From assembly GCA_964016885.1 (NCBI GenBank), contig OZ024741.1, positions 290,718,001-290,782,000 on the forward strand: 64,000 bases of DNA, in the 5' to 3' direction. The notes beneath the pieces were generated by a model that saw only the letters and a program-made list of their open reading frames with translations, was not told the DNA's origin and did not search any database. Below are positions 29,550-42,839 of the stretch, piece after piece (positions within the stretch are counted from its first letter, which is position 1; each line of letters starts with the position of its first letter). The stretch is from Eledone cirrhosa (Eukaryota). The translations under genes and the position numbers were made by a program.

Positions 29550-29820
29550 GAGGAAGAAGGAGTCAAATCCCTGAAATCAATGAACATAGGTTCTCTGAAA
29601 TCGTGGACGAGAGAGAGAATAAAGACCATCAAACCTGGTCGAAATGTGAGTAAGGAAAGAATTTCGCACAGTTCAAACGGGAGGAAGAAGGAGTCAAGTC
29701 CCTGAAATCGATGAACATAAGTTCTGTGAAATCGTAGACGAGAGAGAATAAAGACCATACGACCTGGTCGAAGTGTGCGTGGGGGAAGAATCTCGCACAG
29801 GTCAAACGGGAGGAAGTAGG
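29550..29820. repeat. ~130-bp direct tandem repeat, about 2.1 copies
   Basis: gaggaagaaggagtcaa..ccctgaaatc recurs at about 29550, 29681 and 29810. Confidence 0.85.
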
Positions 29821-29959
29821 AGAGGGAGTAGCAGAGAATATATATATATATATATGAAAAAGGCAAACAGAAATAACAAACCAAAAGACACAGTACAACG
29901 AAGAAATATATTATTAGTTTTACGCTTGATATAGTAGGAAAATGTGCATGTGTGAGTGT

Positions 29960-30003
<44 letters not shown>

Positions 30004-30685
30004 TGGGAGGAGAATCTAACGCCGTTTAAACGATTCCCCATTGAATTTGTCCATTATAGATAGACACAAGCGAAATTTTTGATCACACACACATAACTCA
30101 TTGAACCTCTAATCCAACCTCGTTTATGTGAAACACTTGGAAACGTTTATCGTTTTGCCAAGTAACCCCGGCATGTAGAGATAAAGTAACCGTGTACTGA
30201 GAAACCAGTGAAGTGCTGTGGTGGGGGAGGGATGAAGTTATAAAGACCTTTGTTTGTAAATGATCAACACTGGATTTGTTAATGTACTCTTTAAATAGTT
30301 AGAAAAATAGACGTGTTAGAGAAAACGATAGAATAATTTGGAGAAATAAATAGACAGACGGATTGAATGAACTAGAAATGGAGAAAAGAAAAGAGGCATG
30401 GAAAAGGAGAATGACAGAGTTAGAGAGGTAGAACGAGAGAAAGATTTGGAGAATGTGCTTAAGAAAAACCCAAAATTAAACGCAATACAATTCACAACAT
30501 ATATGTGTTTATGTGTATATATACACTTCGTGAGTATGTGTAAATGTAAATTTAAACAATTTCATATATATATATATTTGCATAAATATATGTTTTTTTT
30601 TTCCTGAAATTTCTCTGAAGATATAGATTGAGTACTATCGAACACAGTAGAATAAATATGGATTATGTAATGAAGTAGATTACAT

Positions 30686-31014
30686 AGACCGATTACATAT
30701 TGCCTTGAAACGCGTCTAAGACTTTGCGGTAATCATCAATCACTGAATATCACAAAAATGTGCCTTATTTTTCTATTAACCTATATACACCCCCCTCCCC
30801 ACATACACACAACCTATACACACACATGCGCGCGCAGGCTCTCTCTCTCACACACACACACACACACTCTCTCACACACACATATATATATATGTGTGTG
30901 TGTATGTGCGTGTGTGTGTGTATATAGGTTAATAGAAAAATAAGGCACATTTGCTGATATTCAGTGATTGATGAATACCGGAAAGTCTTAGACGCGTTTC
31001 AACGCAATATGTAA

Positions 31015-31021
<7 letters not shown>
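30686..31021. repeat. ~105-bp inverted repeat pair enclosing a CA/GT microsatellite spacer
   Basis: 30686-30790 versus reverse complement of 30918-31021, few mismatches. Confidence 0.9.
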
Positions 31022-31103
<82 letters not shown>

Positions 31104-31596
31104 TAGCGAGAATCGCGTTTCGGCGATTGGAAATTAGCGAAAAACAACTTCCGAGATGTATGGCAAGCGCTCCATAGAAACTAGTGAACTAGAGCAACAA
31201 CGTAAGTTAAAAGGCCAAACACACTGAGACGATGGTTAAACCATTATCCGCAAAGCCATAGAAACGACCAAGCTATTCGGGTCAAACAAATACTAAAATA
31301 TGATTGAAAATTATACACGCACCCCTGGAAACGGTGGTAAGATCCAATTTGGGGTTTCTGCAACTCCTAAATCAAGTACTGTGTGCTTAAACAAATAATG
31401 TTAAGCTTTTGGTATGATGATCGAACAAGGAAGTCATTTTTTCAACAGGCATTTAGTTCTATGCAAAACTAAGGACTGACCGTTATCAAAACCCACGTGG
31501 GGTGTGATAAGGGAGACAACCCCTAGTCTTGGCGGATGAATTCAGTATGTGTGTTATTGCAAAATTGCAAAATACCACAAAACGAATTAAGCTCTC

Positions 31597-31673
<77 letters not shown>

Positions 31674-31680
31674 AATTAAG

Positions 31681-32406
<726 letters not shown>

Positions 32407-32575
32407 GTGTGTATATATATATATATTTAGTTACAAAGGGTTAGAGTTCTATATAAAACACAAAGGTTATCGTTAAAATTGAAGCTAAAAATGCACGGAA
32501 GTATATTTAAAGATTATTTTTCCAACAGAATTAATCCAACAGGATGAAAATTTTCATAATTGGTGCATTAAATAT

Positions 32576-32665
32576 AAAAATGTGGAGCGCTTCACAAATT
32601 TTCCTGTCATCCTTGCGCAGATATCCTACTAATCTATTGTTCCAATTTTAGAATCTGTACTGCCG
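32576..32665 (-). pseudogene. U6 snRNA pseudogene (5'-truncated, ACAGAGA box deleted)
   Basis: Minus strand cggcagtaca..ctaaaattggaacaata-gattag..ctgcgcaaggatgaca..aaatttgtgaagcgctccacattttt follows the conserved U6 sequence. Confidence 0.88.
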
Positions 32666-32698
<33 letters not shown>

Positions 32699-32732
32699 AA
32701 GAAGTGGTTACATAACAGTTAGTTCACCATAC

Positions 32733-32770
32733 CGAGAACAATTGTTTCCCCTTAGCGGATCCTCAACTCG
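32733..32770 (-). ncRNA. pLTR hammerhead, mutated copy (C3 to U)
   Basis: cgag-TTGAGGA-tcc(gctaa)ggg-GAAAC-aatt-GTT-ctcg. Confidence 0.65.
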
Positions 32771-32942
32771 TAATGGACATGGTTATACGGCACAGGAAGG
32801 AACACCTGTATGAACGCGCATGCGCAGAAACGGTCACTTCATTCAGACAATACTAAATTGCGTGCGAGAGGTGTAAGGGAGATAACTGCAAAAGTCCGAA
32901 ATTTTCTAGTTGATAAGAAAATTAGGATGTTGTTGTAATGAT

Positions 32943-34865
32943 TCAAACCGGAGATTTGTAGTTATGCAAGAGGTGTTTCGAGACGTGTGAACAACGTGTG
33001 AAAAATTCATTTCTCGTGTTTAGGCAATCACTATTGCATACTCTCTTTAGAATATTTATTCGTTCATCAATACATAGTCCACACGACGGATTTTCCCTTG
33101 CGTATGGCTTGGACTTGGTGATGGCTTTTCATTGAATGGAGTAGTCTATACTTGAGTCCTTGAGAGACCGTGCGTGGCTCGCGAGTTTCGTGGATGAACG
33201 TCTGTCCGGGTACCTAAAGGTCGAGTGGTGGTTCAGGAAGCGTTCCTTAAATCGGCCCTCCGCCATACCCACATATGATTTGACCTCCTGAGGTTGATTT
33301 GGTCGGTTGGAAGTGACCACAGCTTCATAAACTACAGCGGGTGTGTTGCATTGCTGTTGAAGGGGACAAGCTTCGGGCTTACGGCAAGAGTACCCTGGCG
33401 GGGTGTTGCTCTTAGGGCTGTTGGTGATGTGGGCCTTCATGTTCTTAGCGCAGGAGTATCCTAGTTTTACTTTGTGTCGGTTAAAGATGGAGCGGTATTT
33501 ATGACCTATAGGAAAGTGTCTATCTAAGAGGGCTAGAAATTGTTTGCCTACATTGGATTTAACGTTGAGTGAGAGAACCAGATAATTTGTCTATTGTTAC
33601 GCTTTCTTTTCTTATTTCTGTTGTTGTTAGTGGGAGAGTAAATGATAGGTTGCGAGAAGCCGCTGTTAGCTAACGCCGTGTTATATTAGAGTGCCGCTCT
33701 GTCAAAGATAGCCTTACTAGAGGAGAGGTTTGAGATTCTAGTACTGATATTATTTACGATGTTTCTAAAAACAGTGGGAGAGTAGCATGAGTCCTTGTGA
33801 ATGTAATTGAGTTTTTCGTTAAGCTTATGGAAGGGTCTGTAGGTGTGTGTGCGTAGGTCTAAATTAATGTTATAGAAATCTACGCTAGAGAGGTTGGTAG
33901 CTACTGTTATCCTAAGTCCTAACTCATTGAAGGTAGAAGCTAAGTCTTTTTTAAACCGGTCGAGGTCATGACCACTTTTATGGCTCGATAAGATCAGTCC
34001 ATCGTCGCGGTATATTCCCGTGTGGAAGTCCGGGAATCTAACACGTAATATGTCTAAAATAAATAGGCTAACCAAGTCGCATACGTCAGCACTATCAAAT
34101 GATCCCATGGAGACGTCGAACAGGTCTGAATTGTTGACTTCTGTGCCCAGGCTACTCCGTTGTTGAAGAGGAGGGTTTTCCGTCAGTGAGCGATGATTTC
34201 CCTGTCTAAACCATGGATGGTAGTGTAAGTGGTAGCAAAGTCCAACGCTTTGTTTAACAGGGTCTCTGAGATCGATGGGTAAAAATCAACAATGTCAAAC
34301 TGTGTGAACTTCGCTTTTTTTGGATTTGAAGGAGTTGAACCACTTAATTACGGAGTCGCTGTTTTCCCACTGGGACAGGTTGGACTTGGTCCTAATGGCC
34401 TTAACTATGTTTCTAAGTATGGCCTTACTGACTAGGCTCATATCAGTGCGTGCCGGGTTTAGTTGTCTACATGTGGGGTTAGAAGTAAAGTCTACCTTGT
34501 GATCTTTCAGGGTGATGAACGCCTCCCGCTTAGCTAGAGATTGTAGCTTCTTATCTACCTTAAGGGCGGCGGCAAGTTCTTTGGCTTCTGTATTAATGTC
34601 GTGGCAGGCCATAGAGTGAGCTTTCTTATATTTGGAAGTAATAGCGTTATGGGCCAATATTATTAGTTTTGTCTGAAAGAACGAAAGTGTAATTAGAAGA
34701 CCTAAATTTCTTAATATCTTTTCCTAAGTTTAGTTTGAAAGGTGTTAGGGTGTTTGCGAAAGGAAATGTTGGCGACTAAGTCAAGAAGGACCGCCTCGAA
34801 AGGAGCAAGTTCGGTTACCCTAGGAGGGTAGGCTCTCGATTTCAGGTTGAAGGTGTTACTGGTGC
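32943..34865 (-). pseudogene. Disrupted RT + GIY-YIG endonuclease ORF of the Penelope-like element
   Basis: ORF pieces 34711-34865, 34295-34657, 33686-34108 and 33129-33440 plus read-through to the stop at 32943; internal stops, deletions and frameshifts. Confidence 0.88.
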
Positions 34866-35190
34866 CTGTAATTTTGCCGTCGTGTGGACTATGCATTGAT
34901 GAACAAATAAATATTCTAAAGAGATTACGCAATAGCGATTGCCTAAACTCAAGAAATGAATTCTTCACACGTTGTCCACACGTCTGGAAACACATCTTAC
35001 ATAACTACAAAGCTCCGGATTGAATTACAACAACATCCTAATTATCTTATCAACTAGAAACTTGTGCACTTTCGCAGTTATCCCCTTACACCTCTCGCAC
35101 GCAATTTAGTATTGCCTGAGTGAAGTAACCGTTTCTGCGCATGCGCGTTCATACAGGTGTCCTTCCTGTTCCGTATAACCATGTCCATTA

Positions 35191-35228
35191 CGAGCTGAGG
35201 ATCCGCTAAGGTGAAACAATTGTTCTCG
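35191..35228 (+). ncRNA. pLTR type I hammerhead ribozyme
   Basis: cgag-CTGAGGA-tCC(gctaa)GGt-GAAAC-aatt-GTT^ctcg; palindromic ACAATTGT stem/loop III. Confidence 0.8.
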
Positions 35229-35339
35229 GTATGGTGAACTAACTGTTGTGTAACCACTTCTACCTAATTTGTCCCATGCACTGAGTGCTCTACCACTACG
35301 GATATTACCTTCCAGTGTTCTACCACTATATATATATGT

Positions 35340-35375
<36 letters not shown>

Positions 35376-35942
35376 ATAGAAAATTAGAAATTAGAAGTCA
35401 GGATTATCCATAATCAGTTGTCTACTAGGCATCATAGGTATATCTTCGGGTTAGAGACAAGATACCTCAGCCTAGGGCGAAACAATAACTAAAGTAAGTT
35501 ATTGGGATAAAAAGAAGTGGGTGGAGAAAGAGAAAGACATGTAAACAGACACGATGGGTTAAGCAACGTAAAGAGAGGAAAAAATAATTCATTTCGAACA
35601 TTTTGACTTTTCATTGTTAAATTGGTTTCAAGCGTAGTTTTATACATATTTTATACAATTATGGTTAGGAGCTTTTAGATAAATATAAACAATAAAAAGA
35701 GATAAATGGAACAGATGGCTTCTTTTGCATCGAAGAATGAGGCCTTGAGTTTTATGAGTACCAAAGCATAGGGAAGATTTCCGTTTCAATATCAAATTAG
35801 AGACGGTTTCTGCTGCAGCGTATTATGAGGTTACAAAAAACTAAACAACATACGGGTGGTTGTTTTTACATGCATATTTCGTGCATAAGTAAAAGTGCCT
35901 GCACACACACATACAAACACACACACACACTAACACACACTA

Positions 35943-35991
<49 letters not shown>

Positions 35992-36083
35992 CAGACACAC
36001 ACACATACACACACATATATATATACAGACACACGTATATAAACGCACACGCATTATACACGCATACACACACATAATCCCCT

Positions 36084-36128
36084 TTCCTGATGATTTCTAA
36101 AGAATGAAACAGTTCTAGTCCTGTAGAA
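36084..36128 (+). ncRNA. Type I hammerhead, family P2 relative
   Basis: ttc-CTGATGA-tTTC(taaa)GAAt-GAAACAG(ttctagtc)CTGTA^gaa; a core-truncated relative lies at 13583-13622. Confidence 0.7.
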
Positions 36129-36488
36129 TCTGATCTATATTAAAATATATTCTTATACATATATATGTATATATGAAGAGGTCCAATTGGAAGTTTAAAT
36201 TCAGCAACTACCATCAATATTCTCTCTCACACAGTTAGGGACACATCATATAGTTACACTAAAATAAGTGTATGTATGTGTGTGTGTATGCAGTCGTTGT
36301 GTGTGTGTGTGTGGGCTTGTACGTGTTACAATGTTTTAAATGACTGATTGGCATATTTACATAAACAGTTACTCAAACTCCTCTCTTATCCTCGCATCTG
36401 TCTGTTGCCAGTTAGCAGCCGGACAACGGAAGCATTCACAAGGTACCACGAAATGAGTTCGTCGGTATACATGTATGAGTGTCTAAAA

Positions 36489-36568
<80 letters not shown>

Positions 36569-36685
36569 GTATATACATATACACACACACACACACACAT
36601 ATATATACATATATATATATATATATAAACATATATATACATATATATACTTAGAAATACATACATATATATATATATATATATA

Positions 36686-36777
<92 letters not shown>

Positions 36778-37284
36778 CATATTGATATATACATATATAT
36801 TATATATACATATGTGTATTCGCGCAACAAAAAGCGGAGATTAGATTAAATAAATAATTGTTTCTACTATTGGAACAAGGCCAGCAATTACCCAGTGCAT
36901 TACTGGTACTTTATTTTATCGACCCCGTAAATAATGTTACTCCTTTATACTTTCCTGAAAAAACAAAACAAAAAAAAAAACGCAGGAAACCTTGCTGAAG
37001 CTGCTTAAATGATATACCTCACCCACATCTTTATACACTTACTCTGATCTTAAGCTCATAGATTAATTAATGATTATTTGGGGTTATTGGTGTTTCAGGG
37101 GATTAAACTTTAAAATGACGCTGATTATATGAAGATATGGTATTTTACTTTTCCGGATTATATCAAAGACTTGAAAATCCGGCATACGTTGCATATTGAG
37201 AATCTACATTGAATTCAAATTTACAGCTTAACTCTTTATGTACCTTCAGTATATGCATGCATGTACATATATAGGTATATATGA

Positions 37285-37319
<35 letters not shown>

Positions 37320-37558
37320 TAAGTTAAAAATGTACATCCACATATGTATACTGAAATACTAGTATGCATATGAATACACACACGTATACATATGTAGATG
37401 TACCGAGTTTTTCACTGGTCACTTTACTGTGAGTGTCCAGCTATTCTGTATGTAAACACACAGACAAACCGGTTTTTAGAGTCATAACTAATTTTCATAG
37501 AAAAAGCATATAACGATATGTGCTTTTACGATTCTCTAGAGAGGCCGGAAGATGGGTA

Positions 37559-37603
37559 AATATTGCTGATGAGATGTAACAACATCGAAACTAGTTCAAT
37601 ATT
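37559..37603 (+). ncRNA. Minimal type I hammerhead ribozyme, array unit 1
   Basis: aatattg-CTGATGA-GATGT(aaca)ACATC-GAA-AC(ta)GT-T^caatatt; predicted cut after 37596. Confidence 0.9.
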
Positions 37604-38024
37604 CCTTGTCTGGCTTTCTGGAGAATAGAGGAAAGGTGTTTCCTAAAAAACCAGTATGACTCTAAAAACCGGTTTGTCTGTGTGTTTACATACAGAATAG
37701 CTGGACACTCACAGTAAAGTGACCAGTGAAAAACTCGGTACATCTACATATGTATACGTGTGTGTATTCATATGCATACTAGTATTTCAGTATACATATG
37801 TGGATGTACATTTTTAACTTAATTGTTTAAGCGTCAGTCATACAAAAGTGAGTTACAAACGAAACGAAATTTAATTTCGTTTCGTTATTTGTTTTTATCG
37901 TCTCCGTTGAACCGGTACGTACTCACGCTCTATGCAAATTAGTCTGCCCACTACTAATTTTCATAGAAAAAGCATATAACGATATGTGCTTTTACGATTC
38001 TCTAGAGAGGCCGGAAGATGGGTA

Positions 38025-38069
38025 AATATTGCTGATGAGATGTAACAACATCGAAACTAGTTCAATATT
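38025..38069 (+). ncRNA. Hammerhead ribozyme, array unit 2
   Basis: Identical to unit 1. Confidence 0.9.
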
Positions 38070-38490
38070 CCTTGTCTGGCTTTCTGGAGAATAGAGGAAA
38101 GGTGTTTCCTAAAAAACCAGTATGACTCTAAAAACCGGTTTGTCTGTGTGTTTACATACAGAATAGCTGGACACTCACAGTAAAGTGACCAGTGAAAAAC
38201 TCGGTACATCTACATATGTATACGTGTGTGTATTCATATGCATACTAGTATTTCAGTATACATATGTGGATGTACATTTTTAACTTAATTGTTTAAGCGT
38301 CAGTCATACAAAAGTGAGTTACAAACGAAACGAAATTTAATTTCGTTTCGTTATTTGTTTTTATCGTCTCCGTTGAACCGGTACGTACTCACGCTCTATG
38401 CAAATTAGTCTGCCCACTACTAATTTTCATAGAAAAAGCATATAACGATATGTGCTTTTACGATTCTCTAGAGAGGCCGGAAGATGGGTA

Positions 38491-38535
38491 AATATTGCTG
38501 ATGAGATGTAACAACATCGAAACTAGTTCAATATT
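38491..38535 (+). ncRNA. Hammerhead ribozyme, array unit 3
   Basis: Identical to unit 1. Confidence 0.9.
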
Positions 38536-38956
38536 CCTTGTCTGGCTTTCTGGAGAATAGAGGAAAGGTGTTTCCTAAAAAACCAGTATGACTCTAAAAA
38601 CCGGTTTGTCTGTGTGTTTACATACAGAATAGCTGGACACTCACAGTAAAGTGACCAGTGAAAAACTCGGTACATCTACATATGTATACGTGTGTGTATT
38701 CATATGCATACTAGTATTTCAGTATACATATGTGGATGTACATTTTTAACTTAATTGTTTAAGCGTCAGTCATACAAAAGTGAGTTACAAACGAAACGAA
38801 ATTTAATTTCGTTTCGTTATTTGTTTTTATCGTCTCCGTTGAACCGGTACGTACTCACGCTCTATGCAAATTAGTCTGCCCACTACTAATTTTCATAGAA
38901 AAAGCATATAACGATATGTGCTTTTACGATTCTCTAGAGAGGCCGGAAGATGGGTA

Positions 38957-39001
38957 AATATTGCTGATGAGATGTAACAACATCGAAACTAGTTCAATAT
39001 T
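38957..39001 (+). ncRNA. Hammerhead ribozyme, array unit 4
   Basis: Identical to unit 1. Confidence 0.9.
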
Positions 39002-39422
39002 CCTTGTCTGGCTTTCTGGAGAATAGAGGAAAGGTGTTTCCTAAAAAACCAGTATGACTCTAAAAACCGGTTTGTCTGTGTGTTTACATACAGAATAGCT
39101 GGACACTCACAGTAAAGTGACCAGTGAAAAACTCGGTACATCTACATATGTATACGTGTGTGTATTCATATGCATACTAGTATTTCAGTATACATATGTG
39201 GATGTACATTTTTAACTTAATTGTTTAAGCGTCAGTCATACAAAAGTGAGTTACAAACGAAACGAAATTTAATTTCGTTTCGTTATTTGTTTTTATCGTC
39301 TCCGTTGAACCGGTACGTACTCACGCTCTATGCAAATTAGTCTGCCCACTACTAATTTTCATAGAAAAAGCATATAACGATATGTGCTTTTACGATTCTC
39401 TAGAGAGGCCGGAAGATGGGTA

Positions 39423-39467
39423 AATATTGCTGATGAGATGTAACAACATCGAAACTAGTTCAATATT
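39423..39467 (+). ncRNA. Hammerhead ribozyme, array unit 5
   Basis: Identical to unit 1. Confidence 0.9.
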
Positions 39468-39888
39468 CCTTGTCTGGCTTTCTGGAGAATAGAGGAAAGG
39501 TGTTTCCTAAAAAACCAGTATGACTCTAAAAACCGGTTTGTCTGTGTGTTTACATACAGAATAGCTGGACACTCACAGTAAAGTGACCAGTGAAAAACTC
39601 GGTACATCTACATATGTATACGTGTGTGTATTCATATGCATACTAGTATTTCAGTATACATATGTGGATGTACATTTTTAACTTAATTGTTTAAGCGTCA
39701 GTCATACAAAAGTGAGTTACAAACGAAACGAAATTTAATTTCGTTTCGTTATTTGTTTTTATCGTCTCCGTTGAACCGGTACGTACTCACGCTCTATGCA
39801 AATTAGTCTGCCCACTACTAATTTTCATAGAAAAAGCATATAACGATATGTGCTTTTACGATTCTCTAGAGAGGCCGGAAGATGGGTA

Positions 39889-39933
39889 AATATTGCTGAT
39901 GAGATGTAACAACATCGAAACTAGTTCAATATT
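39889..39933 (+). ncRNA. Hammerhead ribozyme, array unit 6
   Basis: Identical to unit 1. Confidence 0.9.
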
Positions 39934-40833
39934 CCTTGTCTGGCTTTCTGGAGAATAGAGGAAAGGTGTTTCCTAAAAAACCAGTATGACTCTAAAAACC
40001 GGTTTGTCTGTGTGTTTACATACAGAATAGCTGGACACTCACAGTAAAGTGACCAGTGAAAAACTCGGTACATCTACATATGTATACGTGTGTGTATTCA
40101 TATGCATACTAGTATTTCAGTATACATATGTGGATGTACATTTTTAACTTAATTGTTTAAGCGTCAGTCATACAAAAGTGAGTTACAAACGAAACGAAAT
40201 TTAATTTCGTTTCGTTATTTGTTTTTATATATATATATATAAATTTGTAATTCCTGTCTGTTTGTTTGTTTGTTTGTTCACGAACTCCTATGGTTTTGGA
40301 GATAGAGCCCCATAACTATATATATTCTGAAACGACATTGCCGAGGGTACTTGGATAAGTATATTTCATCTTCATCAAGGGGTTCCCCGGGGGCACAAAA
40401 CCCCGCTGAAATATTTTTCCCTTTGATTTATATGAAATTTAAACCATAGGTAAATGACAAGATATGATGCCTATTCACAACATTTTTGAATTGATATTCT
40501 GAAAAAACGTATTTACAAGACACAAATAAGAATAAGATTTGATAATGTAATATTGATTTGATATATTACAAAGAATAATGTTTTCCATTTTTCATGCATT
40601 ACATTTTTACATTGAGTAATATTGAAATGCAGAGTTTTTCTCCATAAATTGATTTAAAATCAATCATCATTTTCTTACCAAAAAAAAAAAAAAAATGTGT
40701 GAAACATTTTTTTTTTTTTTTGGTAAGAACAGGAACTGTACGATCGCGTAAGTCTAAATTCCCACATAGAAACCCATACATCAACGCATACATCAACGCA
40801 TAAGAACAAACGCGCACCCACATATACATACAG

Positions 40834-40889
<56 letters not shown>

Positions 40890-40900
40890 CATACATACAT

Positions 40901-41240
40901 GTTGGCTGCCAACTCGTTTTCGAGTACGGCCACTACTTTATATTCATGTACGAGAACCCCTACCGATGCGCTGAACGAGTGTGGCTTTTTAGTCCAGCCA
41001 GCGACTTGAAAACTCTGGTACAAACACTACACTTGTGACAATTATTGACACATAGTGCTGGGCCCATGGTACCATGTGACGACAAGTGCAGAGAGATCTC
41101 CAGATATAAAGCAATGCCTGTGCCGTGAAGCTTTTATAGTGAGCAAAGGCACTGCACAAAGCCAGTCCCACTCTCTTAACCAAGATGATATTTACCAAAA
41201 AGAAGAACAAGTCAACATCATTGGATACCATCAGGGTTGC
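40901..41240 (-). mobile_element. Non-autonomous (ATGT)n-flanked retroposon, copy 1
   Basis: Reverse complement of 48522-48863 at high identity; (ATAC)n on both sides. Confidence 0.85.
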
Positions 41241-42746
41241 ATACATACATACATACATACATACATACATACATACATACATACATACATACATACATAC
41301 ATACATACATACATACATACATACATACATACACACAATCTGTCACACAGTATTTTAGTTTATATTACAGTTCAATTTATTTTGCAGTCTTTGTCTAACG
41401 TCACAACAAAACAACTTTAAACAGGTTATGTACTATATATTTTCATAATTTAGTCGTTCGCCAATTTGACATTTCTCCGAAGAAACTCCTGTACATGGCA
41501 TAAAAATCTCATGAACATTTCTGCATGGGGAAACATCTAGTACGTGTGCTTTTCTTACCTCTCTCTCGTCGCCTAAAACTAACAATGAATTGTACCTCTT
41601 ATTAGATACATTTGGCTCCAAACAGGGGTGTATAATGAGGCATGCTTCATGCATTTGAAGACGTAACGTTGAGAATTATTTCAAATACATTCAAACATAA
41701 AAAAATTGCTCAAACATACATTATTAGGAAAATAATTAATTAATGAATAATTTCCTCCAGTTTGAATTGTCGTATATGCATGTATGTCTATATAGTTTTG
41801 CATGACATATAGCTTGAATTTCTCATGGAGGCGCTTCTTTTCAAGAATATGTTCAAAGGCTGTTTTGTGAATTGTTTCTTTAACTTCTGACAGAAAAAAA
41901 CAAAAAAACATCGCAGTATACAGTGAAAAAGTTCATTGATTATAAAAACATTTCAGTTAAAAGAGCATTGTATTTTGACAAGAAAAAGGGCACTTACCCA
42001 CCCAAAGAAATTAATAATTTTTTAACGTTTTGTTTAGTTTTCCGGAAGTTGAAGCTGAACCATCTTCTGATTAGCTTTTATTCCGGAATTTTAATCCAAT
42101 AAACTTTCCCAAATTATTAGCATTGTTTAAAGCAATTTATACACAATATATTGAATTTATGCGAGTTTATTATTTTAGGTAATATAAAAACTGTACAAGG
42201 CCCAGTACAGTTGGTAGATAATTATATTCATAAGCTACGATATAAAATTATCATTTTTTTTCTAATACATATTGGCTTTATGATTTTTAACCAAACAATT
42301 TGCTCTAAAATGGACCGAGAGCAAATTATAACAAAAAATAAAAATGACAAAAATAAAATAATGTTTGGAAGGACTAGTTAGACACCTCGGTCTGTATTTT
42401 ATTGACATTTTTAGTTTCCAGCACTATTTATATTTACGGACACGTGAGTAGCTCGGGCATGTAAAAAGTTCAATTTTCACGTGAGTTTCATAGGTGAATT
42501 TCACAAACCCAATCCACTTACTTTACAGTTAGTTCACTAGGGTTCAATGCAGAATGTAGCTAGGCGGAAAACAGGAAAGCAAAATTAGTATTTATCGACA
42601 TTGCTCAAATAGATAAGTGGATAAATGTAAATATGACAATGATAAATCTATGAAGAAGATGTGGGAAACGGAAGAGGGGGTGGAAGAATTCCGTTACTAC
42701 AAAGGGAGAAATGTATTCTGTCGACAGGAGTTTAATCACTCGTACT

Positions 42747-42839
<93 letters not shown>

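Larger units (their letters stand above)
32697..35327 (-). mobile_element. Penelope-like retroelement (Naiad-type) with inverted pseudo-LTRs, degraded
   Basis: Minus-strand RT (SDKTNN, TLKDHK, MGSFDSADVCDLV, GIYRDDGL) and C-terminal GIY-YIG (CPL..C..VVY..SYVG..FKERF.NH..CGLC..E..LNTRNE..C.H); ~390-bp inverted repeat 32697-33090 versus 34876-35263; tail 35264-35327 ends in (TA)n. Confidence 0.92.
37315..40228 (+). mobile_element. Retrozyme-like tandem array: ~5.9 x 466-bp hammerhead-containing units plus a 172-bp 5' inverted segment, inserted in (TA)n
   Basis: Exact 466-bp period; array 37487-40228; 37315-37486 is the reverse complement of 37655-37826; no ORF of 60 aa or more in the ORF track. 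Confidence 0.92.

Noticed and set aside
31100-31580. TA-flanked ~480-bp island as a MITE or HHR element
   Set aside because: No convincing TIRs or complete hammerhead core, and no second copy in the window.
33129-33131. In-frame TGA in the Penelope GIY-YIG domain as selenocysteine (reported for some Naiads)
   Set aside because: It falls at the expected Trp position (YSIQ*K), not a Cys, and the ORF has other stops and frameshifts; a TGG to TGA mutation is simpler.
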